Source: Rhodanobacteraceae bacterium (lineage in GTDB: Bacteria > Pseudomonadota > Gammaproteobacteria > Xanthomonadales > Rhodanobacteraceae). From it: a DNA stretch of 61,900 nt. The position numbers and the translations under genes are program-made. Position 1 is the stretch's first letter. Each line of letters opens with the position of its first letter. The notes under the pieces are model-generated. The model was not told the DNA's origin. It searched no databases and worked only from the letters and a program-made list of their open reading frames with translations. Positions 16,691 to 26,728 of the stretch are shown here, piece by piece. The stretch spans positions 1 to 61,900 of the forward strand of contig DATCSF010000047.1 of the NCBI GenBank assembly GCA_036568625.1, read 5' to 3'.

Positions 16691-18915
16691 GCCGCGGGTT
16701 CCGTGGGTTGCTCGGGACGACTGAATTTACGCAAACCTGCCACCAGTGCTGTCCATGCGCGGTCGATCATACCGCCATCCTGGTTCGGGATGAGACGTAC
16801 CTGGCCGCGCGCCATCATCCGCGCGATTTGATCCAGTTTTCGTTCAGGCGCGGCCGCTCCGCGCGCGTTGACCAGCAGGCAACGGCCGCTGGCGGGCGCG
16901 AACCATGCCAGCTTGCGCGCGACCTTCTGGCCCTGCTGGTTGATGGTGAATTCGAGCCAGCTTCCGAACGGCAGCTTTTTCAGGGTTTCCAGCGAGCGAC
17001 GCTCGCTGGGCGTCAGCGGAAGTTTGCGCGGTTCGGCTTCGGCGGGTGCGGTGGACTCATCCTCGTCGGGTTTATGGCGCGACTTCAGGCGAATCAACAG
17101 TTCGGTCTGGCTGGGTGGTGGCGCCGCGGCTTGCGTTGTGGCGCGTTGCGGCAGGTCAAGCGCATAGCGGGTGATCTGGTCGGCTTCGGTGGCCTGCAAT
17201 CCGACCTGGGAGAGGCCGTGAGTCAAGTCCGCCGCGAGCTTGGTGTCGTCGCGTTCGACCGGCGAACCCAGCAACTGGTCGGCGGCGGCCAGGCGGCGGC
17301 GGAAGGCCTCGCTGTTCTCGCCTTCCCGCAGCAGCGTGAGCGTCAGCGCGTCGGTCCACGCGTTCTCCAGCAGTGCGCGCACCAGCGGCGTAGTCTTGTG
17401 GCCGGCAAGCCGCTTGCCGATGGCGGTGGCGGCGGCGGCGCGCGCGTCGCGCAGGCGATCGCGGCCCTGCGCGGCTTCCACCTGCCTGCGTTCGGCGATT
17501 TCCGCGCGCCGGCTGAGCAGGCGCAGGTGCGAATCGAGGTCGTTCACTTCGCGCTCGATCACGCCCAGATCGCCCTGGAAATCCGAGGCGACGCGCTCCA
17601 CCGAACGTTGCAGGCGCTGGTTCAACGCGACGTCGAAATGATCGTCGCTGCGATCCAGCCACAGGTTCGCCGTTTCCAGCACTAGGTTCAGCAGGCGCCG
17701 CGCGGGGTGGTTGCGCACGGTGAAGAAATCATTGTCGAACAACGCGACCCGCAGCAGCGGAACCTGCAGGTTCGCCAGCAATTGCTGCGCGACGCCTTCG
17801 CTGCGGGTTTCGGTGAGCAACTGGTCATAGAGCAGGCCGACCAGATCCAGCGCGTCGCGGTGTTCGGGCTGCAACTCCATGGCATTGCCGTGGGCGCCGC
17901 GGCGCAGTTCGGTCAGCAACTCGCCGGTCAGGCGCTCGCCCGGCCGCGGTGCACCGGCCTTGCGCGAGGGCAGCGCCTGCAACGCGGCCAGGGCTTCCTG
18001 CAGTTCGGGCATCGATGCGAATTGCGCCGATTGGGCTGCGGCTGCTTGCGCTTCCGGGTGCAGCGTTCGCCGGCGTGCGTCGAGCAGGGCGTGCAGTTCG
18101 TTCATCTGCGGCCCGGCCGGCGGCGTGTAATTGGTGGGCGGCGCGATTGGCGCGGAATCCTGTGCGCCGTCGGTCGCGGCGGCAGGCGCCGCGGTTTGCG
18201 TCGGGTGCGGTTCCGACGCGGCGCGCTTGGGCAGATAGCTGCGCAGGTCGGGCAGGATGCCGGATGACTTGAGGTGTTCGTTCAGGCGCCCGTAAAACGA
18301 TTCCGCCGCGCCAAACAGCCGCCGGTCGCACAGCCGGTAGAACAACAACCGATGCCCGCGTTGCAGGCCGAGATCGACGGCCGCTTCGTTCAACACGGCG
18401 GCCAGTGCGTGCGGTCCGGGCGGCAGCACCTCGTTGTCCAGTGGCGGTGCCGCCAGCAACACGGCGTAGCGGTGGCACAGGTCGAAGAGGGCGTTGCCCG
18501 CGTGCAGTTCGGTGCGCGTGGACAGATCGTCCAGCGCCATGGCCTCGTCGAACTCGTGCGGATCGACCAGCGTCAGGTCCTGGCTGCTCGGCTTGCCGTT
18601 CGTGCGTCCGGCTTCGGCCTGCGGTCGAGCGACACCCGCGAAGCGGCGTTCCAGCAAGGCCATCAGGCGGCCCTGGAAACGCGGGCGCGTGCGCTTGACC
18701 TCCTTCAGCGCCTCCATCGCTTCGTGCTGGGCCTGGCCGCCGCTGGATTGCTCGGCGATGCGGAACAGTTCGTGTTCCAGATCGTCCAGCACGTTGCGCA
18801 ACAGCGGTTCCAGCAAGCCGCCGCACTCGGCCAATTGTTGCGCCAGCAGGTGCCGGGCGCGTGGCGCCAGGTCGCCGCGGTCCGCGAGTGTCGGCATGGT
18901 CGGCTGCATATCCAT
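16687..18915 (-). CDS. DUF1631-family protein
   Basis: 742 aa counted from the ATG at 18915 (MDMQPTMPTLADRGDL...). The track ORF extends upstream to 19623, but that part overlaps other genes. There is a 4-nt overlap with the downstream PilZ gene. Confidence 0.8.
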   Translation of the reverse strand: MDMQPTMPTLADRGDLAPRARHLLAQQLAECGGLLEPLLRNVLDDLEHELFRIAEQSSGGQAQHEAMEALKEVKRTRPRFQGRLMALLERRFAGVARPQAEAGRTNGKPSSQDLTLVDPHEFDEAMALDDLSTRTELHAGNALFDLCHRYAVLLAAPPLDNEVLPPGPHALAAVLNEAAVDLGLQRGHRLLFYRLCDRRLFGAAESFYGRLNEHLKSSGILPDLRSYLPKRAASEPHPTQTAAPAAATDGAQDSAPIAPPTNYTPPAGPQMNELHALLDARRRTLHPEAQAAAAQSAQFASMPELQEALAALQALPSRKAGAPRPGERLTGELLTELRRGAHGNAMELQPEHRDALDLVGLLYDQLLTETRSEGVAQQLLANLQVPLLRVALFDNDFFTVRNHPARRLLNLVLETANLWLDRSDDHFDVALNQRLQRSVERVASDFQGDLGVIEREVNDLDSHLRLLSRRAEIAERRQVEAAQGRDRLRDARAAAATAIGKRLAGHKTTPLVRALLENAWTDALTLTLLREGENSEAFRRRLAAADQLLGSPVERDDTKLAADLTHGLSQVGLQATEADQITRYALDLPQRATTQAAAPPPSQTELLIRLKSRHKPDEDESTAPAEAEPRKLPLTPSERRSLETLKKLPFGSWLEFTINQQGQKVARKLAWFAPASGRCLLVNARGAAAPERKLDQIARMMARGQVRLIPNQDGGMIDRAWTALVAGLRKFSRPEQPTEPAA

Positions 18916-19018
18916 CGAGTCCCCCGTGGGCTCGCACGCAAGCTCCCTGCCGGCGATTTGCCCACAACGAGGGGATTCTATGCAAGCGCGGCGGAAAGCG
19001 CCATCTTGCTGCGGAAGA

Positions 19019-19201
19019 TCATTCGTCGCCGGTTTTGACCCGTACGGAGGCCACGCCGCCGTCCACTTCGACATCCACCTGCATGGGTCGGCAGCACACC
19101 GGGCAGTCTTCGACGTAAGCGGCGGCGCCGGCCGATTCGTCCACCACGATTTCGATGGATTCCCCGCAATACGGGCAGACGACCGCGGCGAATTCAGGCA
19201 T
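19019..19201 (-). CDS. CPXCG-motif cysteine-rich small protein (zinc-ribbon-like)
   Basis: 60 aa with CPYCG ... CPVCC, four Cys spaced like a zinc ribbon. There is an 8-nt overlap with the hemW stop. Confidence 0.7.
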   Translation of the reverse strand: MPEFAAVVCPYCGESIEIVVDESAGAAAYVEDCPVCCRPMQVDVEVDGGVASVRVKTGDE

Positions 19202-20387
19202 GCCGGCGCTCCGGCTTGCGCGGCGGCAGGAACGCCTCGATCAGGTCGTTGAGAAAACGCCGGCCGATCGGTGTGGGTTGCAGCCGCGCAGGATCGTCGA
19301 TCAGCCAGCCACGTGCGCGCGTTTCGCGCAGCGGCGCCGCGATCGCCTCGGCGGGCAGCCCCGTGCGTGCGGTGAAATCCGCCATCGACGCGCCTTCGTT
19401 CAAGCGCAAGGCGTTCAGCATGAACTCGAACGGCAGTTGTTCGATGGCAATGGTTTCGTCGCCGCCGACGCGTTGCGGAGTATTCGCGCTTTGCAAATAC
19501 GCGCGCGGCGAGCGGATCTTCCAGCGACGGCGGACGCCGCATGCATCCGTGATCTTGCCGTGCGCGCCCGCGCCGACGCCGAGATAGTCGCCGAATTGCC
19601 AATAGTTCGAGTTGTGCCGGCAACGCTTGCCCGGTTGCGCGTAGGCCGATACTTCGTACTGCGCGTAGCCGCCGTCCGCCAGGCGCCGTTCGCAGGCTTC
19701 CTGCATCTCCCAGGCGGCGTCGTGGTCGGGCAGCGGCGGCGGGCGTTTCGCGAACGGCGTGCCGGGTTCCAGCGTCAACTGGTAATGCGAGATGTGCGCG
19801 GGTTGCAACGCGTTGGCGCGTTCGATGTCGCGCAGCGCACCTTGGAGGTTCTGGCCGGGCAATGCGTACATCAGGTCCAGGTTGATGCTGGTGTAGCCCG
19901 CATCCTGCGCCAACTTGATGGCGGCTTCGGCTTCCTGCGCGGAATGGATGCGGCCCAACGCGCGCAGTTTTTCGTCATCGAAACTTTGCACGCCGAAACT
20001 GATGCGGTTGACGCCGGCTTTCAGGTAGCCATCGAAGCGGCCGTGCTCGACCGTGCCGGGATTGGTTTCCAGGGTGATTTCGCAATCACGCGTGAACGGA
20101 ATGCGTGCGCACGCACCGTCCAGAATTTCCGCGATCGAATCCGGCGCAAACAGGCTGGGCGTGCCACCGCCGAAGAAAACGCTGGTGATTTCGCGGCCGG
20201 AAACGGCATCGCCGAAATCGGCAAGGTCGGCGTCCAGGTCCGCCAGCACGGCAGCGACGTATTCGCGCTCCGGCATCGCGGCGCGCAGCCCGTGCGAGTT
20301 GAAATCGCAGTACGGGCACTTTTTCACGCACCAGGGGATGTGGATGTAAAGGGACAGCGGCGGCGGATCGAGAGCCAAGTTCGTCAT
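19194..20387 (-). CDS. hemW: Radical SAM heme chaperone HemW (HemN-like, oxygen-independent coproporphyrinogen oxidase family)
   Basis: The N-terminus [31 protein letters not shown] contains the CxxxCxxC cluster. The ATG at 20387 overlaps the rdgB stop (ATGA). The track ORF extension to 20789 is rejected. Confidence 0.9.
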   Translation of the reverse strand: MTNLALDPPPLSLYIHIPWCVKKCPYCDFNSHGLRAAMPEREYVAAVLADLDADLADFGDAVSGREITSVFFGGGTPSLFAPDSIAEILDGACARIPFTRDCEITLETNPGTVEHGRFDGYLKAGVNRISFGVQSFDDEKLRALGRIHSAQEAEAAIKLAQDAGYTSINLDLMYALPGQNLQGALRDIERANALQPAHISHYQLTLEPGTPFAKRPPPLPDHDAAWEMQEACERRLADGGYAQYEVSAYAQPGKRCRHNSNYWQFGDYLGVGAGAHGKITDACGVRRRWKIRSPRAYLQSANTPQRVGGDETIAIEQLPFEFMLNALRLNEGASMADFTARTGLPAEAIAAPLRETRARGWLIDDPARLQPTPIGRRFLNDLIEAFLPPRKPERRHA

Positions 20388-21001
20388 TCCCGCGCAAGCG
20401 GGAATCTCGAGTCGTTTGCCAGTGCATTCTCCAGCATCGCCAATGCCTTGCCCCGATGGCTGATGCGATTCTTCAACGCAGGTTCGAGTTCGGCGGAGGC
20501 CAGTCCGCCGCCGTCGTCGGGCAGGAACACCGGGTCGTAACCAAAGCCGCGTTCGCCGCGCGGCGCGGTGAGCACGCGGCCCCGCCAGCGGCCGGTCGCG
20601 ATGATCGGGTCTGGGTCGTTGGCGCCGCGCAGCAGCGCAAGCACGCAGGTGAAGTGGGCGGTGCGCTTCGCATCGGGCATGCCGTCGAGCTCGCGCAGGA
20701 GTTTCGCGTTGTTGCCGGCATTGTCGCCGTGCGCGCCGGCATAGCGGGCGGAATGGAGCCCCGGCGCGCCATCCAGCGCGTCCACGCACAAACCGGAGTC
20801 GTCGGCCAGCGCCGGCAGGCCGGATGCGCCCGCGGCATGACGGGCCTTCAGGATCGCGTTTTCCACGAAGGTCAGTCCCGGTTCCTCCGCGTCACCGATG
20901 CCGAGTTCCGACTGCGCGATGAGTTCGATGCCGCTGCCTGCCAGCAGTTCGCGCAGTTCCACGAGCTTGCCGGCGTTGCCGCTGGCCAGCACCAGCTTCA
21001 T
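20384..21001 (-). CDS. rdgB: dITP/XTP pyrophosphatase (Ham1/RdgB)
   Basis: 205 aa with [20 protein letters not shown] and FGYDPVF motifs. The last ~8 codons are encoded by a REP-like hairpin. Confidence 0.9.
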   Translation of the reverse strand: MKLVLASGNAGKLVELRELLAGSGIELIAQSELGIGDAEEPGLTFVENAILKARHAAGASGLPALADDSGLCVDALDGAPGLHSARYAGAHGDNAGNNAKLLRELDGMPDAKRTAHFTCVLALLRGANDPDPIIATGRWRGRVLTAPRGERGFGYDPVFLPDDGGGLASAELEPALKNRISHRGKALAMLENALANDSRFPLARE

Positions 21002-21714
21002 GCGGCGAGCGCGGCGCGCTGTGCCGCGATCAATTCGCCGATGCCTTTTTGCGCCAGCGCCAGCAAGGCATCAAGTTCATCGCGACGGAAAGCATGGCCC
21101 TCGGCGGTGCCCTGCAGTTCGATGAAGCCGCCGCCATCGTTCATCACCACGTTCATGTCGGTGTCGCAATGGGCGTCTTCCGCGTAGTCGAGGTCCAGCA
21201 CCGGCACCCCTTGGTACACGCCCACCGACACCGCCGCGACCGCGCCGTGGATCGGGTTGCGTTTCAACAGGCCACGCTGCATCAGCGCATTCACTGCATC
21301 GACCAGCGCCACATACGCGCCCGTGATCGATGCGGTGCGGGTGCCGCCGTCGGCCTGCAACACATCGCAGTCGAGCGTGATCACGCGTTCGCCCAGCGCC
21401 ACGCGATCGACGCAGGCGCGCAAGCTGCGTCCGATCAGGCGCTGGATTTCCATGGTGCGACCGCCCTGTCCGCCGCGAGCAGCCTCGCGCTGGGTACGTT
21501 CGCTGGTCGCGCGCGGCAGCATGCCGTACTCGGCGGTGACCCAGCCTTCGCCCTTGCCGCGCAGCCACGGCGGTATGCGTTCCTCGACGCTGGCGGTGCA
21601 CAGCACGCGGGTGTCGCCCATGCCGATCAGCACGGAACCTTCCGCGTGTTTGGTGTAGCGGCGCGCGATCGTGACGGCGCGCAACGCGTCGGGCGCGCGG
21701 CCGGAAGGACGCAT
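20998..21714 (-). CDS. rph: Ribonuclease PH
   Basis: 238 aa starting [16 protein letters not shown]..., with the RNase PH core [11 protein letters not shown] and [18 protein letters not shown]. Confidence 0.95.
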   Translation of the reverse strand: MRPSGRAPDALRAVTIARRYTKHAEGSVLIGMGDTRVLCTASVEERIPPWLRGKGEGWVTAEYGMLPRATSERTQREAARGGQGGRTMEIQRLIGRSLRACVDRVALGERVITLDCDVLQADGGTRTASITGAYVALVDAVNALMQRGLLKRNPIHGAVAAVSVGVYQGVPVLDLDYAEDAHCDTDMNVVMNDGGGFIELQGTAEGHAFRRDELDALLALAQKGIGELIAAQRAALAA

Positions 21715-21789
21715 GATGGCCATCGAAAGGTATCCGCGCAAAGCGTGACAGTTTACCATCGTGGCCTGTCACGGCGACCTGGAGCCCGC

Positions 21790-22650
21790 ATGATCCGCAG
21801 CATGACCGCCTACGCGAATTCGGAAACCGCCACGTCGCAAGGCTGGCTCGCCTGCGAAGTGCGCGCGGTGAATTCGCGATTCCTGGAAATCGGCGTGCGG
21901 CTTCCCGAAGAATTGCGTGCGCTGGAACCACAGTTGCGCGAACGCACCGGCGCCCGGCTGGCGCGGGGCAAGATCGACATCACGATTCGCTACCGTCCGC
22001 CGGCCGCGGCCACGGATTTGCTGCTGGACGAACGCACCGCCGCGCAGCTCGCGGCGACGGCGGATGCATTGAAGGCGCGCTTTCCGCAGCTCGCGACGGA
22101 TTTCGCGGGCTTGCTGGATTGGCCCGGCCTGCTGGTGACGCCGGAACTCGATCAGACCGGATTGATGCACGCGGCGCTGGCGTTGTTGGACGACACGCTG
22201 GATGAATTCGTCGCCGGGCGCGCGCGCGAAGGCGAAAAACTCGCGATGGCGCTGCGCGAGCGGCTGGATGGCATCGCACGCATCGTGGCCGAGGTGCGCA
22301 CGATCCTGCCCGATATCCGCACGGCGTTGCGCGCGAAGCTGGAAACCCGCCTCGCCGACTTGAGGTTCTCGGCCGATCCGGGGCGGCTGGAACAGGAACT
22401 GGTGCTGCAACTGTCGCGCATCGACGTGGACGAGGAACTCGATCGCCTCGCCGCGCACGTTGGCGAGGCCAGGCGAGTTCTGGAACTCGACGAACCCGTC
22501 GGCCGCCGGCTGGACTTCCTGATGCAGGAATTCAACCGCGAGGCCAACACGCTGGCATCCAAGTCGGTCGACCAGCGCGCCACCCGCGCGGCGGTGGACC
22601 TTAAGGTGCTGATCGAACAGATGCGCGAGCAGGTGCAGAACCTCGAATGA
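21790..22650 (+). CDS. yicC: YicC-family stress-induced protein
   Basis: 286 aa with MIRSMTAYA...NSRFLEI and the C-terminal DVDEELDRL...EANTL motifs. GGAG lies 6 nt upstream. It is divergent from rph. Confidence 0.9.
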   Translation: MIRSMTAYANSETATSQGWLACEVRAVNSRFLEIGVRLPEELRALEPQLRERTGARLARGKIDITIRYRPPAAATDLLLDERTAAQLAATADALKARFPQLATDFAGLLDWPGLLVTPELDQTGLMHAALALLDDTLDEFVAGRAREGEKLAMALRERLDGIARIVAEVRTILPDIRTALRAKLETRLADLRFSADPGRLEQELVLQLSRIDVDEELDRLAAHVGEARRVLELDEPVGRRLDFLMQEFNREANTLASKSVDQRATRAAVDLKVLIEQMREQVQNLE

Positions 22651-23258
22651 GCGGCACCCTTTTCATCGTCGCGGCTCCGTCGGGGGCGGGGAAGTCCACG
22701 CTGGTGAACGCATTGTTGGCGCGCGAACCCGGGATCGCGCTGTCGATCTCGCACACGACGCGCGCCCCCCGGCCGGGCGACGTGGATGGCGTGCAATACC
22801 ACTTCGTCGATCGTGCGACGTTCGAGGCGATGGTGGCGCGCGGCGAGTTCCTGGAACACGCCGACGTATTCGGCAACTATTACGGTACCTCGCGCGGGGC
22901 GGTCGAGCCGATCCTGGAAGCAGGCCGCGACGTGCTGCTGGAAATCGATTGGCAGGGCGCAGAGCAGGTTCGCCGCGCGATGCCGGCATGCGTGTCGATC
23001 TTCATCCTGCCGCCTTCGCGCACCGAACTGGAACGCCGCCTGCGCGCGCGCGCCACCGACAGCGAGTCCACCATCGAGAAAAGGCTGGCGGCCTCGCGCG
23101 AGGAAATCGCGCACGCGGGCGAGTTTGATTGCGTGATCGTCAATGATCGTTTCGCGGACGCGGTGGCCGCGCTGCAGGCCATCGTGCACGCGGCGCGCGC
23201 GGCCCAGCCGCTGCCGCGCGAATGTCATGCTGCCCTGATCGGACAATTGCTGACCTGA
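22647..23258 (+). CDS. gmk: Guanylate kinase
   Basis: 203 aa with the P-loop APSGAGKST and the SHTTRAPRPGDVDGVQYHF motif. There is a 4-nt overlap with yicC. Confidence 0.95.
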   Translation: MSGTLFIVAAPSGAGKSTLVNALLAREPGIALSISHTTRAPRPGDVDGVQYHFVDRATFEAMVARGEFLEHADVFGNYYGTSRGAVEPILEAGRDVLLEIDWQGAEQVRRAMPACVSIFILPPSRTELERRLRARATDSESTIEKRLAASREEIAHAGEFDCVIVNDRFADAVAALQAIVHAARAAQPLPRECHAALIGQLLT

Positions 23259-23351
23259 ACACGGGTCTGCCGCACACGCGCGCTTCGCTCCATTGCCCAC
23301 GTCGCTCCACTATTCTTGCCAGTTCGTGCCTACGGGTCTGTCCTTGATGCG

Positions 23352-24191
23352 ATGAACGCCCCTGTCGTCGATCACGAATCGTCTGCCGATGCGCTGGTGC
23401 GGGTGCGCGACCTGCGCACGCGCATCGGCGCAAAGACGATTTTCGACGGGCTTGATCTGGATGTCCCGCGCGGCAGCATCACCGCGGTGATGGGACCGTC
23501 CGGCACCGGCAAGACCACGCTGCTGCGGCACTTGACCGGCCAGTTGCGGCCGGACGCCGGCAGCGTGATCGTGGATGGCGAAGAGGTTACCCGGCTTGCG
23601 CGGCGTGCGTTGTTCGGTTTGCGCGAACGGATCGGCTTCCTGTTCCAGAATTCGGCGCTGCTGACCGACTTCAATGTGTTCGAGAACGTGGCGTTCCCGT
23701 TGCGCCAGCACGCCCGGCTGCCGGAAGAATTGCTGCGCAATATCGTGCTGACCAAATTGCAGGCGGTCGGCCTGCGCGGCGCCGCGAATCTGATGCCCAG
23801 CGAACTTTCCGGCGGCATGGCGCGGCGCGTGGCGCTGGCGCGCGCGATCGTGTTCGATCCGATGCTGATCCTGTACGACGAACCGTTCGTCGGGCTGGAC
23901 CCGATCGCGCTGAACCAGGTGCTGCGCCTGATCCGTACGCTCAACAAGACGCTGGGGATCACGTCCATCCTGGTGGCGCACGAACTGGCGGCGATCCGGC
24001 AGGTGGCCGATCGTGTGTACCTGATAGCCAACGGCAAGCTGGTGGCACAGGGCGCGCCGGACGAATTGGCGCACGAGGATTCGCCGTGGACGCGACAGTT
24101 CTTCGGCGGCGAGGCGGACGGTCCCGTTCCATTCCATTATCCGGCGCCCGATTACGCGACCGAGTTGGGTTTCGTGAGCACGGGTCGATGA
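23352..24191 (+). CDS. mlaF: Phospholipid ABC transporter ATP-binding protein MlaF
   Basis: Walker A GPSGTGKTT, signature LSGGMARRVALARA, Walker B ILYDEP. Confidence 0.9.
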   Translation: MNAPVVDHESSADALVRVRDLRTRIGAKTIFDGLDLDVPRGSITAVMGPSGTGKTTLLRHLTGQLRPDAGSVIVDGEEVTRLARRALFGLRERIGFLFQNSALLTDFNVFENVAFPLRQHARLPEELLRNIVLTKLQAVGLRGAANLMPSELSGGMARRVALARAIVFDPMLILYDEPFVGLDPIALNQVLRLIRTLNKTLGITSILVAHELAAIRQVADRVYLIANGKLVAQGAPDELAHEDSPWTRQFFGGEADGPVPFHYPAPDYATELGFVSTGR

Positions 24192-24955
24192 GCGCCAATC
24201 TCCGCCGCAACTGGTTGGTGCAGGGGGTCGCCTCGCTCGGCGAGTGCGGCTTGTTCTTCATCGCGGTGCTGGGCGCGCTGCCGAAAAGCCTGCGCTACTG
24301 GCGCGAATTGTGCCGGCAGGTCTGGTTCGTGGGCGCGATGAGCCTGGTGATCGTGATGACCTGCGGGCTGTTTGTCGGCATGGTGCTGGCGCTGCAGCTT
24401 TACTACACGCTGTCGATCTTCGGCGGCACCGCGGCGCTCGGCACCGTGGTCGCCTTGAGTTTGTTCCGCGAGCTCGGGCCGGTGGTGACCGCGCTCTTGG
24501 TTGCGGGCCGCGCCGGCACCGCGGTCACGGCGGAGATCGGGTTGATGCGCGCGACCGACCAGCTCGATGCGATGTCGATGATGGCCGTCGATCCGCTGGC
24601 TTATGTCGCCTCGCCGCGCTTCCTTGCCGGGGTGATCGCGATGCCGCTGCTTGCCTGCGTGTTCAACGCGATGGGCATTTTCGGCGGGCATCTCGTGGGC
24701 GTGACCTGGCTCGGCCTCGACAACGGCACCTTCTGGGGCAACATGACGTCCACGGTGGACCTGCACAAGGACATCCTGGACGGCCTTTACAAGAGCATCG
24801 TGTTCGGCGGCGTGGTCAGCCTGATCGCGGTGTTCCAGGGTTACACCGCGCCGCCCACCAGCGAGGGCGTCGCCTATTCCACCACCCGCACCGTGGTGTT
24901 CTCCTCGATCGTGATCCTCGCGTTCGACTTCGTGATGACGGCGTTCATGACATGA
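24188..24955 (+). CDS. mlaE: Phospholipid ABC transporter permease MlaE
   Basis: 255 aa polytopic permease in the MlaE/Ttg2B family. ATGA overlap with mlaF. Confidence 0.9.
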   Translation: MSANLRRNWLVQGVASLGECGLFFIAVLGALPKSLRYWRELCRQVWFVGAMSLVIVMTCGLFVGMVLALQLYYTLSIFGGTAALGTVVALSLFRELGPVVTALLVAGRAGTAVTAEIGLMRATDQLDAMSMMAVDPLAYVASPRFLAGVIAMPLLACVFNAMGIFGGHLVGVTWLGLDNGTFWGNMTSTVDLHKDILDGLYKSIVFGGVVSLIAVFQGYTAPPTSEGVAYSTTRTVVFSSIVILAFDFVMTAFMT

Positions 24956-25179
24956 CCGAAATGATCTGGTTGCCCATCGATGCAGGCCATGGAGGGCCGA
25001 GCATCGAAGCGAAACCCGCGCCGTCGCACGGCGCCGAGGCGAGCGGAACCAAGGCAGGGATGTTTCATGATCGCAGTGAAAGTGGGTTCCGGATTTCGTT
25101 CGTGATGCAGTCGCGAATGACCGGAATGACGATAGGCCGGCCCGCGCCGGCGTTGCAGAACGTGGTGACGACGTCATGA
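24952..25179 (+). other. 75-codon ORF filling the mlaE-mlaD spacer; coding status doubtful (contains a REP-like palindrome)
   Basis: ATGA overlaps at both ends, with the mlaE stop and the mlaD start. GC3 is lower than in neighbouring genes. The segment GGGTTCCGGATTTCG...CGAATGACCGGAATGACG resembles the REP family. Confidence 0.25.
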
Positions 25180-25694
25180 ATCCAAGACCCAGTTACGCCA
25201 TCGGAACAGGGTTGTTCATCCTGCTCGGCTTTGTCGCGCTGGCCTACCTCGCCACCCAGACCACCTCGGTGGCCAATATCCATCGTGGCGATGGCTACAC
25301 GATCAAGGCGCGCTTCCAGAACATCGGTCAGTTGAAGGCACGCGCGCCGGTGAAGATCGCGGGCGTGCGCATCGGCGACGTGCAATCCATTGCGCTGGAA
25401 CCGCAGCGTATGGATGCGCTGGTGACGATGGCGATAGACAAGCAGTACAACGACATCCCGGATGATTCGTCCGCCGCCATATTCACCAGCGGTTTACTGG
25501 GTGACCAGTACGTTGGCATCGAGCCGGGCGGCTCGCCGACGTTCCTGAAGAATGGCGACGAGATGATCCTGACGCAGTCGGCGATGAGCATCGAGAACCT
25601 GATCGGCAAATTCCTGGTCAACGGCGGTCCGAAATCGGGCAGTTCCGGTTCGGCTCCCGCAACCAGTGCGCCGCCCCCACCCGGCAAACCCTGA
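25176..25694 (+). CDS. mlaD: MCE-domain phospholipid-binding protein MlaD
   Basis: 172 aa with an N-terminal TM anchor and the MCE fold motif KARAPVKIAGVRIGDV. Confidence 0.9.
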   Translation: MNPRPSYAIGTGLFILLGFVALAYLATQTTSVANIHRGDGYTIKARFQNIGQLKARAPVKIAGVRIGDVQSIALEPQRMDALVTMAIDKQYNDIPDDSSAAIFTSGLLGDQYVGIEPGGSPTFLKNGDEMILTQSAMSIENLIGKFLVNGGPKSGSSGSAPATSAPPPPGKP

Positions 25695-25740
25695 CACGTT
25701 TTGGTCGCGTGGTGTTGTCGCGCGCCCCGAGGAGAACAAC

Positions 25741-26391
25741 ATGCTGAAACGATCCATCCGCTTGCTGGCGGCGGTGCTGCTGGTGGCAGCGTTCGCCGCG
25801 CCGGCGTTTGCAACCCCTGCCGAGGCCCCGCAACAGGTCGTCCAATCGATCGCCGATCAGCTTGGCAACGCCATCCAGGGTCGGCAGGCAGAGCTGCACC
25901 AGCATCCCGACCAGGTCATCGGGATCATCGATAACCTCGTGCTGCCGCATTTCGACATGGATTACGCTTCGCTGCTGGTGCTGGGCCGCCACGCGCGCGA
26001 AGCCACGCCCGCGCAGCGCGTCGCGTTCGCGCGCGCGTTCTACGATGCGCTGACCCAGCGTTATGCCGAGGGCCTGGTCGCCTACACCCGCGGATCGGTG
26101 AAGGTGTTGCCCGCGCAGGGACCGCTCGACCAGCGGCGCACCATCGTCAGGACCCAGGTGCTGCTCACCAGCGGCAAGAACCTGTCGGTGGACTACGCTT
26201 TCCGCAAGACCTCATCCGGCGAATGGAAGGCCTACGACGTGATCATCGAAGGCATTTCCTACATCACCAACTATCGCAATCAGGTGGATGCCGAGATCAA
26301 GAAGGAAGGCATCGACGGCTTGATCAAGCGCCTGCAAAACCAGGGCGCCGGCGCGATCGACCAGATGAAGCCGTCCGATGGCGGGCATTGA
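25741..26391 (+). CDS. mlaC: Periplasmic phospholipid-binding protein MlaC (Ttg2D family)
   Basis: Signal peptide MLKRSIRLLAAVLLVAAFAAPAFA, with GAGGAG upstream of the ATG at 25741. The Tol-tolerance family motif WKAYDVIIEGIS is present. Confidence 0.85.
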   Translation: MLKRSIRLLAAVLLVAAFAAPAFATPAEAPQQVVQSIADQLGNAIQGRQAELHQHPDQVIGIIDNLVLPHFDMDYASLLVLGRHAREATPAQRVAFARAFYDALTQRYAEGLVAYTRGSVKVLPAQGPLDQRRTIVRTQVLLTSGKNLSVDYAFRKTSSGEWKAYDVIIEGISYITNYRNQVDAEIKKEGIDGLIKRLQNQGAGAIDQMKPSDGGH

Positions 26392-26722
26392 AGCGATGGG
26401 GAGCGCGCAGGCCCGGACCACCGTGAAATTTGGCACGCCCGACCGCGACACGCTGGCGCTGTCGGGTGCGTTGACGTTCGCCACCGCGGCGCGCGCGTAC
26501 TTGGAGGGCGCACGCGCGCTGGCGGCAGGCGCGCAAACGCAGCTCGATCTCGGCGGCGTCACCCGCGTCGACAGCGCGGGCCTCGCGTGCGTGCTGGCGC
26601 TCGCGGCCGCCGCCAGCCGCGCGGGCAGGCGTCTGGGCGTGGTGCGCTGGCCGGAAGGTTTGCGCACGCTGGCGGCGGTGTGCGACGTCGAGGGCCTGCT
26701 TGGTCAACCCGCTACGGCTTGA
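26378..26722 (+). CDS. mlaB: STAS-domain protein MlaB
   Basis: 114 aa with the STAS-like motif LDLGGVTRVDSAGLACVLAL. It overlaps the mlaC end. Confidence 0.75.
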   Translation: MAGIEAMGSAQARTTVKFGTPDRDTLALSGALTFATAARAYLEGARALAAGAQTQLDLGGVTRVDSAGLACVLALAAAASRAGRRLGVVRWPEGLRTLAAVCDVEGLLGQPATA

Positions 26723-26728
26723 CCTTCC

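Noticed and set aside
18916-19623. The N-terminal 236-residue extension of the DUF1631 ORF. Similar long upstream extensions occur on the hemW, rph, yicC, mlaF/E/C, pilO, batA/B/D and LysR ORFs.
   Set aside because: The extensions overlap neighbouring genes and lack family similarity. Internal starts give 4-nt coupled junctions or good ribosome-binding sites.
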